Notes: generated from the letters alone by a model not told the origin. A DNA stretch of 64,000 bases from Deltaproteobacteria bacterium (GCA_016234855.1 JACRNO010000009.1:33651-97650); one strand, 5' to 3'; counted from the stretch's first letter, positions 19,458-28,783 are shown. Numbers and translations: made by a program.

Positions 19458-21038
19458 ATGTCCGGGGATAGCAACGGCAGGCGCGAGGAGTGGGGCTCGA
19501 GATGGGGGTTGATACTGGCAATGGCGGGCAACGCCATCGGGCTGGGTAACTTCCTGCGTTTTCCGGTACAGGCCGCTGGCAACGGCGGCGGCGCGTTCAT
19601 GATACCCTACTTCATTTCCCTGGTCCTGCTGGGCGTGCCGCTCATGTGGATAGAGTGGGGCCTGGGCCGTTACGGCGGCTCGCTCGGGCACGGCACGTCT
19701 CCGGCCATATTCGACGCCCTGTGGAAGAATCGCGTTGCCAAGTATATCGGCATCCTCGGCGTATTCCTGCCGCTTGTCGTTCTCGTATATTACATCTACA
19801 TCTGCTCGTGGACGCTGGCCTTCAGCGTCTTTTCCGCCATTGGCAGCTACCCTGTCGTGCAGGACGGCTCCGCTGCCGTTTCAACGGCGGCCTACCTTGC
19901 CCCGTACCGCGCATATCTCAATGACTATATCGGCGCGTCGTCAGGCAACGTGATATTTACCCCGTTGCCCATTGCTTATCTCTTTTTCGTAGGCACGCTC
20001 GTGCTGGGTATGGCCATTCTCGGCAAGGGCGTTGCCAAAGGCATAGAGGTCTTGAACAAGATAGCCATACCCGCGCTCTTCATAATGGGCTTCGTGTTAT
20101 TCATAAGGGTGTTGAGTTTGAAGTCTCCGCTTGACCCGAATATAACGGCTGTCAACGGCCTTGCATTCCTCTGGGAGCCGGACATGAGCGGGCTTTTTAA
20201 CGCAAAGGTCTGGCTTGCGGCCGCGGGCCAGGTCTTCTTTACGCTCTCGCTCGGCATGGGCGCCATAATGACGTATGCATCTTATGTGAAGAAGAAAGAC
20301 GATATCGCGCTGGCCGGTCTTGCGACTGCCTCTCTTAACGAGTTTGCAGAGGTCGTCTTCGGCTCTACGATAGCCATAGTCGCGGCAGTGATATTCTTCG
20401 GGTCTGAAGGCGCCTCCGTCATAGCCCGGGACGGCGCGTTCAGCCTCGGATTCATCAGCATGCCCGCGATATTCACGCATATCGGCTATGGCGGATTCTT
20501 CGGGTTTCTCTGGTTCCTGCTCCTCTTCTTCGCCGGTATCACGTCCGTGGTGGCGTTAGCCCAGCCGGCCATAGCCTTTTTTGAAGACGAATTGGGTTGG
20601 ACGCGGAGGCGCTCGGTCGTAACGCTCGCCGTATTCTTCTTTGTCGTCGCGCACCTGCCGATGCTCGTCTCCGGCGCCCTCGACGAGATGGACTTCTGGG
20701 CGGCGACCCTCGGGCTCGTGATACTCGCGCTCTTCGAGGTCATTATATTCTTCTGGATTTTCGGCGCGGACAAGGCGTGGGAAGAGATAGCCCACGGCGG
20801 ACGCATCAGGATACCGCGCGTCTTCTTCTATATAATGAAGTATATTACGCCGCTCTTTCTCCTCGTCATACTCGTCGCGTGGAGTTATGACCAACTGCCG
20901 GGAATACTGTCGAAGAGCGATACGGGAGTCTGGGCGGCGCGAGCCTTTCTGCTCGCGCTCCTCGGCGCGCACGTTTGGGCGGTCAGGGTCGCATGGAGGC
21001 GGCGGCGGATGAGACAATTTGCGCAGGTGCAGTCATGA
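19458..21038 (+). CDS. Sodium-dependent transporter, neurotransmitter:sodium symporter (NSS) family
   Basis: REEWGSRWGLILAMAGNAIGLGNFLRFP, NGGGAFMIPY, VWLAAAGQVFFTLSLGMG, LNEFAEV. Confidence 0.93.
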   Translation: MSGDSNGRREEWGSRWGLILAMAGNAIGLGNFLRFPVQAAGNGGGAFMIPYFISLVLLGVPLMWIEWGLGRYGGSLGHGTSPAIFDALWKNRVAKYIGILGVFLPLVVLVYYIYICSWTLAFSVFSAIGSYPVVQDGSAAVSTAAYLAPYRAYLNDYIGASSGNVIFTPLPIAYLFFVGTLVLGMAILGKGVAKGIEVLNKIAIPALFIMGFVLFIRVLSLKSPLDPNITAVNGLAFLWEPDMSGLFNAKVWLAAAGQVFFTLSLGMGAIMTYASYVKKKDDIALAGLATASLNEFAEVVFGSTIAIVAAVIFFGSEGASVIARDGAFSLGFISMPAIFTHIGYGGFFGFLWFLLLFFAGITSVVALAQPAIAFFEDELGWTRRRSVVTLAVFFFVVAHLPMLVSGALDEMDFWAATLGLVILALFEVIIFFWIFGADKAWEEIAHGGRIRIPRVFFYIMKYITPLFLLVILVAWSYDQLPGILSKSDTGVWAARAFLLALLGAHVWAVRVAWRRRRMRQFAQVQS

Positions 21039-21133
21039 GCAATGCGGGTTGGGTATTTCTTGTCTCTTCGTGGGCCGCGGTCGCGGCCCTGGTAATCTAT
21101 TGCGTCTATATGGTCTTCAGCTCGCCTGAGTGA
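21035..21133 (+). CDS. 32-aa single-TM small protein, putative NSS accessory subunit (MetS-like)
   Basis: MSNAGWVFLVSSWAAVAALVIYCVYMVFSSPE*; ATGA overlap with the NSS stop codon; not in the ORF track. Confidence 0.72.
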   Translation: MSNAGWVFLVSSWAAVAALVIYCVYMVFSSPE

Positions 21134-21148
21134 CCTTCTTCCTGCGCC

Positions 21149-21673
21149 TTACTGCGTTTCGCTCCGCCGTCTGGCGGCCTTTCGCGCCCGGTGTCCTTTT
21201 ACCGCCCCTCTTACCAGAAAATACGCGCATGCGGTGGATATCGCGCCGAGTATTGCGTTCCCAGCCATGTAGACGAGGCCGGTCTGTTCCGCTGCGATGA
21301 TAAACCTCTCGCCCTTGAACCTGGCAAGCATCTCGGTGCTGTCGTTGCCAGTGATAATGCTCCCGATGATGATGCTCGTTGTCCAGAAGAACGGCGCGGT
21401 GAGCGGGTTGACGACCGCGCTCGCTATGACGGCGGCGGCCTTGTTGGCCTTCAGCACAAAGGCGATGGCGAGGGCCAGGACGCCGCCGAGCCCGAAGGTC
21501 GGCAGCACGCCCATGAGCACGCCGATGGCGGCCCCTCGCGCTATGCGCTCCGGCGGGTCGTCAAGGCGCAGGATGCGCAGGTACATGAGGCGGGCGCGCC
21601 TTTTTACCCTGACGAAGAAGTCTTTCCTGTTGGCGTGGCTGTTTGCGTGTATGCCGTTTGAGTTTCGCACCAA
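21149..21673 (-). CDS. DUF2062 family membrane protein
   Basis: ILRLDDPPERIARGAAIGVLMGVLPTFG...NPLTAPF; start uncertain. Confidence 0.8.
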   Translation of the reverse strand: MVRNSNGIHANSHANRKDFFVRVKRRARLMYLRILRLDDPPERIARGAAIGVLMGVLPTFGLGGVLALAIAFVLKANKAAAVIASAVVNPLTAPFFWTTSIIIGSIITGNDSTEMLARFKGERFIIAAEQTGLVYMAGNAILGAISTACAYFLVRGAVKGHRARKAARRRSETQ

Positions 21674-21728
21674 TCCGCTCTCCGTATGGCGCGCGGTCGT
21701 TCAGCGCGTACGCGCAAAGGCTGCGTCG

Positions 21729-23858
21729 TTACGCCACCACTTCAAGTATGGCGTAACGCAGCGCAAGTTTTTTGACGCCCGCGTCCTTGAAGCTGACAAT
21801 GACCTTTGCGTCAGGGCCGTTGCCGGTCTTTTCCTTAATCACGCCGACACCGAAGTTCGGGTGCTTGACCATTGCGCCGACGCGCCACGGGTCTGAGTGG
21901 TTGTCCTGATAGACCTGTTCGTTGCCATGCGCGGCTGCGAGGGTCGACTGGCGCGAGGGCCTGTCCTCGAAGGTGAAGACGCGCCTGGACTCCTGCTCGC
22001 ATTCGATGACGCTCAGGCACTCGGCGGGTATGTCGTCGATAAATCTGGAACACGTCCTGGACTTGGTCTCGCCGTAGACCGAGCGGGTCCTGGCCGAGAA
22101 GAGGAAGAGTTTTTCGCGCGCGCGCGTCATCCCGACGTAACAGAGTCTGCGCTCTTCCTCCAGCGAGTCCGGGTCGTCGAAACTGCGCGTGTGCGGGAAG
22201 AGCCCTTCCTCCATGCCCGCGATGAGGACGCCCTTGAATTCAAGCCCCTTGGCCGAGTGGATGGTCATGAGCGTCAGGTGGTCGGCGTCCTCGTTGTATG
22301 AGTCCACGTCGCTTATAAGGGCGACGTGGTCGAGGAAGTCGGAAAGCGTTGCGCCCTCGTTCGCCGCTTCGAAGTCCTTGATGGCGGAGACGAACTCGAA
22401 GATATTCTCGATGCGTTCGGCGGCCTCTTCCGTTGCCTCGGCCTGCCACATCTGCATGTAGCCGGAGTCCTCAAGGAGTTTTAGCGTCAGCTCGTGCAGT
22501 GCGCCGCCCGTCTCGATGCCGCTCCTGAATGCGCTGAAGGCGTCAAGGAGCGGCACCCCGGCCTCGGATGCAAGCTCGCGCACCTTGTCGAAGGTTACCT
22601 TGCCAACCCCGCGCGCCGGGGTGTTGACGACGCGCTGAAGGCTTATCATGTCGTTCGGGTTGGTCACGCAGCGCAGATAGGCTATGGCGTCGCGTATCTC
22701 CTTCCTGTCGTAGAACCTGACCCCGCCGACGATGGTATACGGTATGCCTTCGCGTATGAGCTCTTCTTCAAATACCCTGGATTGCGCGTTCGTGCGGTAG
22801 AAGACGGCGAAGTCCCTGTAGCCGAGCCCGCCGTCCGTGTCAAGGCTGGCCTTCAGCCGCGCGAGCACGGCCCGGACCTCGTGGTACTCGTCGCGGGTCT
22901 CTTCGTAGACGAGCAAAGCGCCGTCCTCGTTGGCCGTCCACAGGGTCTTCTTGAGCCGCTTCTCGTTCTTTTCTATGACCGCGTTGGCTGCCGCGAGTAT
23001 CTTCTTTGTGGAGCGGTAGTTCTCTTCGAGGCGCAGCAAGGCCGTGTCAGGGTAGTCCTTCTCGAAATCGAGGATGTTATTTATATCCGCGCCGCGCCAG
23101 CCGTAGATGGACTGGTCAGGGTCTCCGACGGCCATGAGGTTACGCGTGCCGGAGGCGAGCAGGTTCGTGAAGAGGTACTGGGCGCGGTTCGTGTCCTGGT
23201 ATTCGTCGACCAGGACGTGGCTGAACCTCTCCTGATACGCCTTTAACATGGCCGGGTTCTGCCGCAGCAGGCGTATCGGCTCGCAGATGAGGTCTCCGAA
23301 GTCCATGCAGTTCATCTCGTGGAGGCGCCTCTGGTAATGCGAGTATATCCTCCCGATGCGCTCGGCGAGGAAGTGGCGCGACTTCGATTGAAACTCCGCC
23401 GGACTGAGGGCCTCGTTTTTGGCCTCGTTGATTTGCGCGAGCACGGCCTTCGGCGCAAGCGTCTTGTCGCTTATCTCAAGCTCTGCCATGACCTGCCTGA
23501 TTAGTGCGAGCTGGTCGTCGTCGTTGTATACGGTTATGTCGTGGGTCGCGCCGGCCGTCCTGAGTTCCTCGCGCAGTATCCGCAGCCCCAGCGAGTGGAA
23601 TGTGCCGAGCCAGAGGCGGGCGGCTTGAGGGCCGATGAGCCTGCGTAGGCGTTCGCGCATCTCGCCCGCCGCCTTGTTCGTAAAGGTGACGGCAAGTATG
23701 CTTTGCGGCGCGACGTTCATCTCGCGCACGAGCCATGCTATGCGGGCCGTGAGGACGCGGGTCTTGCCGCTGCCCGCGCCAGCGAGTATCAGCAGCGGGC
23801 CGTCACCGGAGGTGACGGCCTCTTTTTGAACCGGGTTTAAGCCTTCATAAGGTGTCAT
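21729..23858 (-). CDS. pcrA: ATP-dependent DNA helicase PcrA/UvrD
   Basis: LAGAGSGKT, TFTNKAA, VDEYQDTN, VGDPDQSIYGWRGA, LEENYRST, YRTNAQSR, MTIHSAKGLEF, EEERRLCYVGMTRA. Confidence 0.95.
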   Translation of the reverse strand: MTPYEGLNPVQKEAVTSGDGPLLILAGAGSGKTRVLTARIAWLVREMNVAPQSILAVTFTNKAAGEMRERLRRLIGPQAARLWLGTFHSLGLRILREELRTAGATHDITVYNDDDQLALIRQVMAELEISDKTLAPKAVLAQINEAKNEALSPAEFQSKSRHFLAERIGRIYSHYQRRLHEMNCMDFGDLICEPIRLLRQNPAMLKAYQERFSHVLVDEYQDTNRAQYLFTNLLASGTRNLMAVGDPDQSIYGWRGADINNILDFEKDYPDTALLRLEENYRSTKKILAAANAVIEKNEKRLKKTLWTANEDGALLVYEETRDEYHEVRAVLARLKASLDTDGGLGYRDFAVFYRTNAQSRVFEEELIREGIPYTIVGGVRFYDRKEIRDAIAYLRCVTNPNDMISLQRVVNTPARGVGKVTFDKVRELASEAGVPLLDAFSAFRSGIETGGALHELTLKLLEDSGYMQMWQAEATEEAAERIENIFEFVSAIKDFEAANEGATLSDFLDHVALISDVDSYNEDADHLTLMTIHSAKGLEFKGVLIAGMEEGLFPHTRSFDDPDSLEEERRLCYVGMTRAREKLFLFSARTRSVYGETKSRTCSRFIDDIPAECLSVIECEQESRRVFTFEDRPSRQSTLAAAHGNEQVYQDNHSDPWRVGAMVKHPNFGVGVIKEKTGNGPDAKVIVSFKDAGVKKLALRYAILEVVA

Positions 23859-23926
23859 AGGGATATTTTTACATAAATGCGGGTAAAGGGCAATGGGAGA
23901 GGATCTGTGTTGTCTAAGATGTGCTA

Positions 23927-24126
23927 AACTCCCCTTCTTTGCAAAAGAGGGGGCTTGACCAGCACCACTTTCTATCGTGTAAATTCATGCTCTAATAGAT
24001 TGCCTTTATGGAAAGTGGTGCTGGTCGAGGGGGAGTTAAGTTGGGCTATGCGCGAGGCAAGAAGCAAGTGCTGGGGCCGCAAATATTAACCCCTCGCGGC
24101 CTCCCCTTAAATAAGTGGATGAGAAA
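23927..24126. repeat. REP-like block (CCCCTCTTT..AAAGAGGGGG type) carrying a nested 70-bp hairpin element
   Basis: ctccccttctttgcaaaagaggggg hairpin; perfect 16-bp IR at 23957-23972 / 24011-24026; 24087-24126 is 36/40 identical to the reverse complement of 25249-25288. Confidence 0.75.
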
Positions 24127-24219
24127 TACTCCCTCTCCCCTCGTGGAAGAGCAGCAGGGCAGGGTGTTGTCAAAGGCGCGGCATTCCCGGACGAATCAAA
24201 ACGGCCGGCAACGGGCCGC

Positions 24220-24966
24220 CTATTCGACGAGCCGCAGTCTTATTAATTCCTTTTTTACGAATGCCTCTATCCGGTTCATGTCTTTTGCGGCAATGGCGGT
24301 GAACATGACGCCGCCGCCGCAAAACCGCGTGGTGCGCCTCTTCTCGGCCGTTGTCCAGCGCACGACGCCGTCTACGGCGAGTGTCTCGTCGGTGCCGGGC
24401 AAAGCGAAGCGCATGCGGATCGTCGTGCCCTTTACGAGCGGCGCTTCGGTGGTCAGGTATACGCCCTTGGCGCTGATGTTGAGTATGAAACCGTCGTGCG
24501 CGCCGTCGTTCGCGGCGTAGTCGGCGGGTATGGAGACGGGCACGCGCTCGCGCTGGCTCACGCCGGCCGCCGCCTTTTCACTGAAGAGTATCTGGTTTGA
24601 GCGCAGGATGAGTTCCTGCGGCGAGAAGTCCTTCGTAAGAAAGCACGCGGCGCCGAGCCGGGTGAGCCTGCCGCGCACGTCGCCCGTCTGGAATATGCTC
24701 GATATGACGATGACCGGAGGCCGGCCCGCGATCCCATGCTCGCTCATCCATGCGAGCACCTGAAACCCGCTCATATCGGGCATGTCGAGGTCAAGGGTCA
24801 TGAGGTCGTACTCCCCTGACCGCGCCCCGAGTATCTCGACGGCCTGCGTGCCGTTTCTGGCGTATTCCACCCTGTGACCGGCCTCGGTCAGTATGTCCCC
24901 GAGCTTCCTCCTGAAGAACATGCTGTCGTCGGTTACAAGGATATTTTTGGCGTCTTCTGTTATCAT
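24220..24966 (-). CDS. Response regulator receiver domain fused to a PilZ domain
   Basis: ILVTDDS...LDLDMPDMSG...VIVISS...LTKDF; C-terminal RVPV...LNISAKGVYL...VVRW...GGGVMF. Confidence 0.85.
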   Translation of the reverse strand: MITEDAKNILVTDDSMFFRRKLGDILTEAGHRVEYARNGTQAVEILGARSGEYDLMTLDLDMPDMSGFQVLAWMSEHGIAGRPPVIVISSIFQTGDVRGRLTRLGAACFLTKDFSPQELILRSNQILFSEKAAAGVSQRERVPVSIPADYAANDGAHDGFILNISAKGVYLTTEAPLVKGTTIRMRFALPGTDETLAVDGVVRWTTAEKRRTTRFCGGGVMFTAIAAKDMNRIEAFVKKELIRLRLVE

Positions 24967-25097
24967 CGCTACCGAAGGCCTGAATATAAAGGTCTCCCGT
25001 CATGGCGCGCGGTCTTCGTGGTGCGGGGTGTTGTGTAATGAAGATGACGGTCGTGCGTCGGGGGTCTGCGCTGCGGGCCTGTGGTGTCCGATGTCTA

Positions 25098-25126
25098 ATG
25101 ATATACCATGAAATCTTTTAAGTCAA
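25098..25126 (-). promoter_or_regulatory. Sigma70-type promoter for the REC-PilZ gene
   Basis: Minus strand TTGACT-17 nt-TATCAT, about 125 nt upstream of the ATG. Confidence 0.55.
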
Positions 25127-25248
25127 AGGCCTTAGCCTCCGGGTAATTGGGTATCCGTAGCGCAGACCAATAGGACTGCATCTTTGCCGCGGGCACGACC
25201 GCTTGTTTCAGGGCAAATCCCCCGCCCCACTTCACAAGCAAGGCGCGC

Positions 25249-25350
25249 TTTCTCCTCCCCTTATTTAAGGGGAGGCAGGGAGGGGTTATGTTTTGCGCGC
25301 CGCAGATTAACTCCCCCCCCGCCCCCTCTTTAAAAAGAGGGGGAGCTTTT
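25249..25350. repeat. REP-like block, inverted counterpart of 23927-24126
   Basis: ctccccttatttaaggggag and ccccctctttaaaaagaggggg hairpins. Confidence 0.75.
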
Positions 25351-25412
25351 AAATCCCCCGCCCCACGCCAATGGGCGTGGGTACCCCGCCCCCGTGTGCG
25401 CTCGTGTGCGCT

Positions 25413-25450
25413 AACGTTATGTCTTCGGCGCAACGTTATGTCTTTAGCGC
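25413..25450 (+). repeat. 19-bp tandem duplication
   Basis: aacgttatgtcttcggcgc followed by aacgttatgtctttagcgc. Confidence 0.65.
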
Positions 25451-25558
25451 CTTTTTCAAAGGGGGAAGTTTAAGCCCTGAGCTACGAAGAGACATCTCGT
25501 GTCATTGCACAAATCGCCGCCTCTTGACGTAACTCAAAATACTCGATATTACCGAGCC

Positions 25559-28500
25559 TCAGGCAACGCGGCGCCTCAGGACGGCCTTGCGGGCCTCTGA
25601 CGCCGCAAGGAGTATGAAGGGGAAAGAGGCGAGAAGCGCCCAGTCCCTGATGCCAAGCGGGGCAAAGCCGAAGATGCGCGCCAAGGGCGGCGTGTAAACA
25701 AGCAGAAGCAGGAGCGTAATCTCGGCGGCTATGCCGAAGAGGACGAGCTTGTTGGTGAAGAGGCCGGTCCGCAGGACGGAGGCGCGCTCGGTGCGGCAGG
25801 CGAAGACGTTGCCTATCTGCGTGGCGACTATCCCGGCGAAGCTCATGGTCGTGGCTGCCGCGTATATGGTCCCGGTTTCGGCCATGGCAAGCCCCGGGCT
25901 CCAACCGCTCGCAAGGTAGACGAAGAAGAAGCCTGCCATGCACAGCGCCGCCTCTATCGGGCCGAGGAACAGGTACGCGAGCGCAAGCGTCTTCCAGTCG
26001 AGCAGGCGCTGCGTCCTGGGCCTCGGCGCCTGCTTCATTATCCCGGCCTCCGGCGGCTCGACCCCGAGGCCCAGGGCCGGCATGACGTCGGTGCCGAGGT
26101 CGACGGCGAGTATCTGCATGACGGTAAGCGGCAGCGGTATCCTGAAGATGACGAAGGCTATGAACGGGACTATTTCCGGGATGTTGCTCGCAAAGATATA
26201 GGTGACGAACTTCTTTATATTCGAATAGACCGCCCTGCCTTCGCGCACGGCCTCCACTATCGAGGAGAAGTTGTCGTCGGTCAGGATTATCTCGGCGGAC
26301 TCCCTGGCCGCGTCAGACCCGCGCAGCCCCATGGCTATGCCGATGTCGGCCTTTTTCAGGGCCGGGGCGTCGTTTACGCCGTCGCCCGTTACGGCCACGA
26401 CCTCGCCGAGGGATTGCAGGGCCGTAACGACCATGAGCTTGTCCTTCGGTTCGACGCGCGCGAATATCGTCTCGCCTTCGCGTAAAATCTCGCGCAGCGC
26501 CGCATGGTCGAGCCCGTTCATCTGCGCGCCGGTAATCACGCGGCCCGATGGGCACACGCCTATCCGGGCCGCGATGGCGGCCGCGGTCAGACTGTAATCG
26601 CCCGTGACCATTATGACGCGTATGCCCGCGCTGTGGCAATCCGCGACCGCGGAGTTGACCTCCGGCCGTGGCGGGTCGTGCATGGCTATGAGCCCGAGCA
26701 TGGTAAGCCCGCATTCGATGTCATCGGCCGCATACTTCTCCGCCCTGTCTATTTCCCTGAAGGCCACGGCAAGTATGCGCAGGCCCTTTGAGGCCATCTC
26801 GTCGTTATGCTTCAGGAGGGCGCTTATCTCGTCGCGTGAGGCCGGCGCCACCTTGCCGTTACGCAGGATATGCGTGCAGAGCGCGGCCAACTCGTAAGGC
26901 GAACCTTTTACAAACGCGATAAGGCGGCCTGTTGCGTCAGGCATGGCGGGTTCGTTGATGGGAAGGCCGAAGGCGTGGATGGTCGTCATCCTCTTCCGGA
27001 CGCGTTCGAACGGAATCTGCGCGGCCCTGCGAAAGGCCGTCTGGAGTTTGGACGGCTCAAGTCCGGCCTTCATTGCCGCGATTATGAGCGCGCCCTCGGT
27101 CGGGTCGCCTGATATGCGCCACTCATCCGTCTTTTTATCAGGGGCGATAAGAGAGGCGTTATTGCAAAGGGCCGCAGCCGTCAGGAGGCGCGTGGCCCCG
27201 CTGTGCTCAAGCGCGGTCTTGTCAAGGCTTTTTTGGCCTATGGAAAACCCGCCGGCCGGCTCGTAGCCGTTCCCGCTGACGTCAATCGTCTGCCCGTCGA
27301 CGTAGAGCTTCTCGACGGTCATCCGGTTTTGCGTAAGCGTGCCGGTCTTGTCCGTGCATATCACCGTCGCGCTGCCGAGGGTCTCGACAGCCGAGAGTTT
27401 CTTGATGAGCGCGCCCCGGCGCGCCATGCGCTGCACGCCCATGGCAAGGGAGAGCGAGACCGTGGGCAGAAGTCCTTCCGGCACGTTGGCGACGATTATG
27501 CCGATGGCGAAGATGAAGCTCTCGGCCGGCCCCAGTCCCGCGGCCAGCCAGCCGAGGAAGAAGAAGGCGACCCCGAGGCTTACGGCGATGAGCGTGACGG
27601 TGCGCGTGACGGCGACAAGCTCTTTTTGCAGAGGGCTCATCTCCGGCCTTATGGCCTGCGTAAGGTAGGCGACCTGGCCTATCTCGGTATTCATGCCCGT
27701 GGCGGTGACGAACATCCTGCCTTCGCCGGATACCACGGTTGTGCCTGCGAAGACGATATTCGGCACCTCCGTCCATATAAAGGCGCCGCCGTCGGCCACA
27801 GGCTCGGCTATCTTGTATATGGGGCGGGACTCGCCTGTAAGCGCGCTGTTGTCCACGCGCATATCCGCCGCCTCTATCAGCCTGCCGTCTGCCGGGATGG
27901 CCTCGCCCTCGGAGAGCAGTATCAGGTCTCCGGGCACGAGTTTTTCAGCATCCATCTCCGTGATCGCGCCGTCGCGCACCACGCGCACCTTCTTCGGCAG
28001 GAGTCTTGTCAGCGCCTCGACCGCCTTTTCCGCCTTGTATTCCTGCAGGAAGCTGAAGGCCGCGTTTATCACTATGACCATGAATATGGCCCAGCCGAGT
28101 TCCGGCATGCCCGCGACGAACGACATCACGCCGCCCGCCCACAGGAGTATGGCGAAGAGGTTTGTAAAGAGGTTGTGCAGGAAGTCGATGAGGAGCGTGC
28201 CGCGCCTTATCCTGACGATGGTATTAGGCCCGGCGAGCTTTTCGCGTCTGGCGGCCTCGGCCGAGGTAAGGCCGTCGGGCGAGGTCTCAAGCTCGCCCAT
28301 TACCTCTTCCCTGGTGAGAGGGACGTAATACGAGCGGGCCGAGCCTTCGGATTTGCGAAGCGCGTCTCTTACCTCGTTCTCGTTCCGGGCGTTGAGAACG
28401 GCATGGTGGAATGCCTTGTCGAGGAGGAGACCTTCTATCTTTGAAAGGAGTTGCAGGTGCGTGCCGCTCTCCTTCATCGGGGAGACTATCATGAAGAAGA

Positions 28501-28783
28501 TGCGCACGGGCCGCCGTTTTGTAGGGTGGGGCACCTCGCGCTGTGAAATCGCCATGCCGACTGCCGTTTCTTTGACTTCTTCCGAGATGCAGTGAAAGAC
28601 CGCGGACTTGGTTCCCGCGAGCACGCCCTCCATGCTCTCGTGCTCGAGCAGGTCGCACATGGTCTTGCTCTTCACTCCGCCTGAGGCCTCGGCGATGCCG
28701 TTGGACAGGGCGGCGAGCACCTTCTCATGGTCCCTGGCCTTTATCCCCGGGATGACGCACTTGAGCATGTCGATTAGATTCAT
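25559..28783 (-). CDS. P-type ATPase, Na+,K+-ATPase-like (P2C-type), with an N-terminal PTS EIIA-like domain
   Basis: DKTGTLT, DNSALTGES, IGIIVANVPEGLL, SNIPE, DLGTD, GDGVNDAPALKKADIG; first ~145 aa LLEHES...AVFHC...RIFFMIVSP...HLQLLSKI resemble EIIA. Confidence 0.9.
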   Translation of the reverse strand: MNLIDMLKCVIPGIKARDHEKVLAALSNGIAEASGGVKSKTMCDLLEHESMEGVLAGTKSAVFHCISEEVKETAVGMAISQREVPHPTKRRPVRIFFMIVSPMKESGTHLQLLSKIEGLLLDKAFHHAVLNARNENEVRDALRKSEGSARSYYVPLTREEVMGELETSPDGLTSAEAARREKLAGPNTIVRIRRGTLLIDFLHNLFTNLFAILLWAGGVMSFVAGMPELGWAIFMVIVINAAFSFLQEYKAEKAVEALTRLLPKKVRVVRDGAITEMDAEKLVPGDLILLSEGEAIPADGRLIEAADMRVDNSALTGESRPIYKIAEPVADGGAFIWTEVPNIVFAGTTVVSGEGRMFVTATGMNTEIGQVAYLTQAIRPEMSPLQKELVAVTRTVTLIAVSLGVAFFFLGWLAAGLGPAESFIFAIGIIVANVPEGLLPTVSLSLAMGVQRMARRGALIKKLSAVETLGSATVICTDKTGTLTQNRMTVEKLYVDGQTIDVSGNGYEPAGGFSIGQKSLDKTALEHSGATRLLTAAALCNNASLIAPDKKTDEWRISGDPTEGALIIAAMKAGLEPSKLQTAFRRAAQIPFERVRKRMTTIHAFGLPINEPAMPDATGRLIAFVKGSPYELAALCTHILRNGKVAPASRDEISALLKHNDEMASKGLRILAVAFREIDRAEKYAADDIECGLTMLGLIAMHDPPRPEVNSAVADCHSAGIRVIMVTGDYSLTAAAIAARIGVCPSGRVITGAQMNGLDHAALREILREGETIFARVEPKDKLMVVTALQSLGEVVAVTGDGVNDAPALKKADIGIAMGLRGSDAARESAEIILTDDNFSSIVEAVREGRAVYSNIKKFVTYIFASNIPEIVPFIAFVIFRIPLPLTVMQILAVDLGTDVMPALGLGVEPPEAGIMKQAPRPRTQRLLDWKTLALAYLFLGPIEAALCMAGFFFVYLASGWSPGLAMAETGTIYAAATTMSFAGIVATQIGNVFACRTERASVLRTGLFTNKLVLFGIAAEITLLLLLVYTPPLARIFGFAPLGIRDWALLASFPFILLAASEARKAVLRRRVA

